DNA of 64,000 nucleotides, from assembly GCF_006345805.1 (NCBI RefSeq), contig NC_043023.1, forward strand, positions 14,012,001 through 14,076,000, written 5' to 3'. The notes under the pieces were generated by a model. The model did not search any database, was not told the origin of the DNA, and was given only the letters and a program-made list of their open reading frames with translations. The DNA comes from Octopus sinensis. Its lineage: Eukaryota. Positions 62,791 to 64,000 of the stretch are shown piece after piece (position 1 is the first letter of the stretch; every line of letters begins with the position of its first letter). The translations under genes and the position numbers were made by a program.

Positions 62791-63400
62791 AACGCCTGCC
62801 CGTCTACGCTGTCAAATGCTTTTTCAAAGTCAACAAAGCACACACATAGTGGCGTTTGCCATTCCATTGTCTGCTCCACGATGACTCTGAGTGTCACAAT
62901 CTTATCCGTGCATGATCTCTCCTTTCCGAGACCTGCCTGATCATCTCTGAGTGACTTGTCAATGGTATCTTTCAATTGCTCCAGGATGATTCTTGTAAGG
63001 ACTTTGCTTGGAATGGAAAGCAAGTTAATTCCTCTCCATTTTCACTTTGTCATAAAATCCCCACTCTTCGGCAGCTTCCCCAAAAGACCCTTCTTCTCTC
63101 TCCTCCGTACCAAGTTCAGCACATGGAGCATGTAATGGTTTTGAATGTTGGTATTCACAAGAGAAATTCTTTGCCTGCGTGCTTCACCCATTTTCCAATC
63201 TCTCTTGTTTTATACTGTTTTGTTTTGAAGTCTTTCATTGCAACAATTGCTGCTTTCAAAGAGATTTCTTTGAGGAAATTCTGACATTGGTATCTGGATT
63301 TTTGTTATCAATATTTTTGCACTCAAATTGTTTCTGAAGATCAGAAAGGATCTTCTTTGACCAGTTCATCTCTTCATTTCATGCTGCTGTCTAAATATAA
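62791..63400 (-). mobile_element. RTE-clade LINE RT fragment fused to the 28S piece
   Basis: WRGINLLSIPSKVLTRIILE..QAG..RSCTDKIVTLRVIVEQTMEWQTPLCVCFVDFEKAFDSVD. Confidence 0.85.
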
Positions 63401-64000
63401 ATACAAATTTGACTGTGCAGAACTACCTTTGTGTGTCTGCTGCCCTCCATTCTCAGATATGTCCTTCTCAGTGCAAGAATAAGGTAGTGAAGTCCTGCAT
63501 ATTGTCTGTGCCAATGTGGGTCTTATTGTGTATTTAAATCTGTCATGAATTCTGATTTGTCAGATATTTCTTAAGCAACACAGCTTGTACAATTCCCAAT
63601 ATTCTCTCCATCAATGGGTACCCTGCATCTGATCTAGATGGATTTAAACCAATAAAACATGGCACAGCTGGAGCAGATTGATGAATCAGAAGTTACTACA
63701 GAAGTTCAGATTGTACACTGGCACTACGGGTTGTACAATTCCTCCTCGTTTCAGTACATTTCCTCTTTTGGTATTGCAGGTTTTCTGTTCTGAATTCTTC
63801 TATTGAGCATATCGGATCTTTACTAAGAGAGAGAAAAACAAGTGAAGCAGAAAGTTGGTTCTGTTCTGACGTTTTTCATTAGAGCCATTGCAGTATGCCA
63901 TGCTGTTTTTTGGATGGTGATTCAGATATTTGCTTTCTTGATGGAAACAGTCCAGTTGCTTCCTTTCAGTTTTGGAGAATACATGGGGTCTTCTTTGACC
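63400..64000. repeat. Highly diverged satellite-family remnants in mixed orientation
   Basis: gtgccaatgtggg (+), tgatgaatcagaagttactacagaagttca (inverted), ttgatggaaacagtcc and ttttggagaatacatgg (+). Confidence 0.55.

Overview
Repeat-dense metazoan DNA, most likely octopus (inferred from recalled tRNA-derived and CORE SINE families and dense (TA)n/(CA)n tracts; not database-verified). The only host gene supported is the 3' end of a TMEM130-like single-pass membrane protein gene (+; exons 4981-5064, 6042-6247, 8750-9150), with an apparent 1-nt frameshift in the first of these exons. From 10 to 27 kb the window is a TE graveyard: SINEs, RTE and CR1-like LINE ends, a Tc1/mariner remnant, piggyBac-type MITEs, Helitron-derived elements, hammerhead-like motifs and a 7-copy SINE-head array. 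From 27 to 56 kb is a layered satellite: ~184 copies of a 139-bp monomer nested inside, and derived from, a 309-bp repeat. The most striking item is at 56.6-62.8 kb (-): an R2 retrotransposon (three zinc fingers, Myb domain, partial RT) carrying 28S rRNA target-site sequence on BOTH sides, outside any rDNA unit, with its middle replaced by 3.4 kb of satellite-family DNA. Almost all ORFs in the supplied track are repeat artefacts.
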